Source: an uncultured delta proteobacterium (GTDB lineage Bacteria > Desulfobacterota > Binatia > Binatales > Binataceae). From it: 64,000 nucleotides of DNA. Positions 61,334 to 64,000 of the stretch are shown in pieces (the stretch's first letter is position 1; each line of letters opens with the position of its first letter). The stretch spans positions 96,001-160,000 of the forward strand of contig CAWJET010000001.1 in assembly GCA_963842085.1 (NCBI GenBank), in the 5' to 3' direction. Both the position numbers and the translations under genes were made by a program. The notes beneath the pieces are model-generated. The model was not told the DNA's origin, did no database searches, and saw nothing but the letters and a program-made list of their open reading frames with translations.

Positions 61334-61354
61334 AAGACGGCGTAAGTCTTCTCG

Positions 61355-62092
61355 ATGACTAAGGTTCTGATTCTTGGCGCCACCAGCCCGATCGCACGCG
61401 CGCTCGCGCTTCGGTTCGCGTCGGACGGAGCGCGATTGTATTTGGCCGCCCGCAACGCCGACGAGGCGCGGCGCGTCGCCGAGGACATCAGCGTTCGTGC
61501 GGGAGTGCCCGCGCTTTCCGGGACCTTCGACGCGTCGGACTTCGCCTCGCACGACGAGTTCGTCCGTCATGCGGCGGGCCGGCTCGGCGGACTCGACGGC
61601 ATCGTCGTATGCTTCGGCACGCTCGGTGACGAGGACACCGCCCAGACCGATCCCGGCGAGGCGCTCGCCACGATACATCAGAACTTCACCGGCGCGGTGT
61701 CGTTGATCACGCTCGCGGCGCGCCATCTCGAACAGCAGCGCTCCGGCTTTATCATCGTGATCGGATCCGTCGCCGGCGAGCGCGGCCGCGCGCGCAATTA
61801 CGTGTACGGCTCGGCCAAGGGTGCGCTCGCGCTGTTTGCGCAGGGCCTGCGCGGGCGGCTGGCCGCCAGCGGCGTGCATGTGATGACGGTAAAGCTCGGC
61901 ACGGTGGATACGCGAATGACCTGGGGACGCGACGGCGCGCTGCTGACGATTGCGCCGGCCAAGGCCGCCGACCTGATCTACGCGGCGTATCGCAAGCGCG
62001 CGGAGGTCGTGTATGTGCCGTGGTTCTGGCGCTTGATCATGGGCGCTATCCGGCTGATCCCGGAAAGCCGCTTCAAACGCCTGAGCTTCTAG
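61355..62092 (+). CDS. SDR oxidoreductase, DprE2-like
   Basis: LILGATSPIA, SVAGERGRARNYVYGSAK, GTVDTRMT. Confidence 0.85.
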   Translation: MTKVLILGATSPIARALALRFASDGARLYLAARNADEARRVAEDISVRAGVPALSGTFDASDFASHDEFVRHAAGRLGGLDGIVVCFGTLGDEDTAQTDPGEALATIHQNFTGAVSLITLAARHLEQQRSGFIIVIGSVAGERGRARNYVYGSAKGALALFAQGLRGRLAASGVHVMTVKLGTVDTRMTWGRDGALLTIAPAKAADLIYAAYRKRAEVVYVPWFWRLIMGAIRLIPESRFKRLSF

Positions 62093-62208
62093 GCAGGGGT
62101 GACGCCCGCACCCGGTGTCCAGAAAGGCAGCGCTGGTGTTTTTGCGCACGCAATGCGCAAAAATACTCGACGGTGGAAAAATTTCCCGGAAGAAGTCGAA
62201 AACACAAA

Positions 62209-63534
62209 ATGAAAGTAAAGCTTGAAGTTGTCGCTGCGGTCGCGCTTGCGGTTCTGTCGCTTGGAGGCTCGCCATGCGCGGGCGTGAATCCGGGCGATAC
62301 GATCACCAGCGAGCAGGCCGGCAAGGTCGCGGACCTGGTGAGTCCGGGAAATCTGGTCCTGGTGAAACAGGGCATGACGATGAAGATCGTGCCGACCGAG
62401 CGGCTGGATTGGCCGCCGCCGTACAAGGCCGCGACGGAGAAATATTCGGCGCAGGTGCAGCTCGCGCCGGATGGCACGCTGAAGAATTACAAGGCGGGGC
62501 TGCCGTTCCCGCTGGTCGATGCGAACGATCCGCAGGCGGCACTGAAGGTGATGTGGAATTTCAGCTACCGGCCGCTATACACCGACGACGCGGTGTCGAA
62601 GAATGTCGAAATCGCGAGCTACCGGCCGGGCTCGACGCCGGCCGACCCGGTCGAGCACTTCACGATCGGCAACGTGGGATTTTACAACAACACCGGGCGC
62701 ACCGAGGTTCAGCCGATACCCACAAATCCAGAGGCGACGACGGCGGGAATCCGGTACCGGTTCGGCGCGTATCCGTTTCTCGAGCCCTCGGAGATGCGGG
62801 GCTTCGGATTTATCCGCTACCGCAGCCTCGATCCGAAGATCGAGGACAACAGCTGGATGTACAACACGCGTACGCGGCATGTGAACCGGGCTTCCGCCAA
62901 CGAACTCTCGGATGTCCTTGGGATGTACGAACCCGGCGCGGTCAGCGCGGGCGGGGGCGCCGCCACCTACGCGAGCAATCTCGATCCCGATTCGTTCTTT
63001 GGCTTCGCGGCGAAGATCGAGGATTTCAACTACAAGTTCCTCGGCGAAAAGCCGATGCTCGCCGTTGTGAATGCCGAGAACTCTCCGGCCAGGGCTTGCC
63101 CGACCGACGGCGGACGAACGATCTGCCCCGAAAACTGGGAAATGCGCCGGCTCTATGTTATCGAGGCGGACGCGAAACAGACTTCGATGCTGGGCAGCAG
63201 CGTGTCGATTCCGAAGCGGCTCTTTTACATCGACTCGGAAGGTTGGTTCATCACTGCGTCAGACCAGTACGATCGTGACGGCAAACTGTGGAAGACGATC
63301 GCGACCTTTAACGCGTACCGCGACCGGCCGGTCCCGGACGCGCGGGTCGCGATCTGGCCGTTCAAGCGGATGTTCCAGACCGCGCTGGTCGATGAAGACG
63401 TTACCACCGGCTTCTCGACCGTGGTGCTGTCGCCCGGAGTTGAGAGCGACGAGCACGAAAGCTGGTACATCAACATGGGAATCGCGACGGACAATTTTTT
63501 CAATCCGACGACGATGGCCAACGCCGCCCACTGA
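62209..63534 (+). CDS. DUF1329 family secreted protein
   Basis: Signal peptide; YKAATEKY, AGLPFP, DPQAALKVMWNF, KRLFYID, YDRDGKLWK. Confidence 0.85.
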   Translation: MKVKLEVVAAVALAVLSLGGSPCAGVNPGDTITSEQAGKVADLVSPGNLVLVKQGMTMKIVPTERLDWPPPYKAATEKYSAQVQLAPDGTLKNYKAGLPFPLVDANDPQAALKVMWNFSYRPLYTDDAVSKNVEIASYRPGSTPADPVEHFTIGNVGFYNNTGRTEVQPIPTNPEATTAGIRYRFGAYPFLEPSEMRGFGFIRYRSLDPKIEDNSWMYNTRTRHVNRASANELSDVLGMYEPGAVSAGGGAATYASNLDPDSFFGFAAKIEDFNYKFLGEKPMLAVVNAENSPARACPTDGGRTICPENWEMRRLYVIEADAKQTSMLGSSVSIPKRLFYIDSEGWFITASDQYDRDGKLWKTIATFNAYRDRPVPDARVAIWPFKRMFQTALVDEDVTTGFSTVVLSPGVESDEHESWYINMGIATDNFFNPTTMANAAH

Positions 63535-63680
63535 CCAGGGCTGAGCCCTGGACCCAATGTTGAAACTGCTCACGGCTTGCGTTTGGGCTGGCGACGTTGT
63601 CGCCATTCCGCGTTGGCTTTGCCCGCATCATTGCGTGAACTATAAATGACGAATCTCGTGCGCATGCGGAGTGAACATCG

Positions 63681-64000
63681 ATGTCGAATCGTCTCGAAGG
63701 AATCCAGAAACTGACCTTCACCGGCGCTGTCGATGCCGACGGGCACATCCTCGAGGACGCCGGCCTATGGGACCGCTATATCGAAGCGAAGTACAAGGAC
63801 CGCGCCGTCAGAGTTCGCACGGACGCCAGGGGCCTCGAATACCTCGAAGTCGCGGGACGCCCGTCGAAGATCTTCAGCGGCGGCCGGCTCGCTGGACTCT
63901 CCGCGATGGGGACCACGCGGGACGACAAGTTCGAGGGCCCGCCCACCTACGGCGGGATGGCTCCCTACGGCGCGATGGACGCGAAAGAACGGCTGAAGCG
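63681..64000 (+). CDS. Amidohydrolase_2 family protein, N-terminus (runs off window)
   Basis: MSNRLEG...AVDADGHILE..LWDRYIE...DAKERL; GGAG RBS. Confidence 0.8.
   Translation, partial: MSNRLEGIQKLTFTGAVDADGHILEDAGLWDRYIEAKYKDRAVRVRTDARGLEYLEVAGRPSKIFSGGRLAGLSAMGTTRDDKFEGPPTYGGMAPYGAMDAKERLK

Noticed and set aside
59909-62275. Long antisense ORFs (e.g. 59909..62275, 4554..6404, 19710..21572, 29540..31216)
   Set aside because: Shadow frames of well-supported genes in GC-rich DNA, with no motifs.

Overview
GC-rich bacterial chromosomal window. The gene content (many acyl-CoA dehydrogenases, enoyl-CoA hydratases, amidohydrolases, LLM oxidoreductase, DUF1329) suggests a Binatota/deltaproteobacteria-like soil organism; this is inference only. 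Housekeeping and catabolic genes include the gatB 3' end, tldD/tldE, recO, nfeD-SPFH, udg-coaBC-ino1-ferredoxin-mrp, a class III PHA operon, mprF-acvB and a dprE1/dprE2-like pair. There is also a DUF433/PIN toxin-antitoxin pair, a small mobile island at about 55.2-59.8 kb (IS1595 remnant, complete 1220-bp IS3-family element with 4-bp target duplication, low-GC ORFs) and three families of palindromic intergenic repeats. The best candidate for a new system is at 35594-36862: a rhodanese domain whose CxxxxC motif has an in-frame TGA followed by a SECIS-like hairpin, reading through into a GYG potassium-channel pore domain, i.e. a putative 422-aa selenoprotein ion channel that the ORF track splits in two. 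Also notable are a Crp/Fnr regulator with two CooA-type boxes upstream of the PHA operon, a membrane protein with five 32-aa repeats, a roughly 100-bp structured repeat in four copies and an unannotated 56-aa membrane protein. Several genes carry small indels that may be assembly errors. All calls are by eye from motifs; no database search was run.
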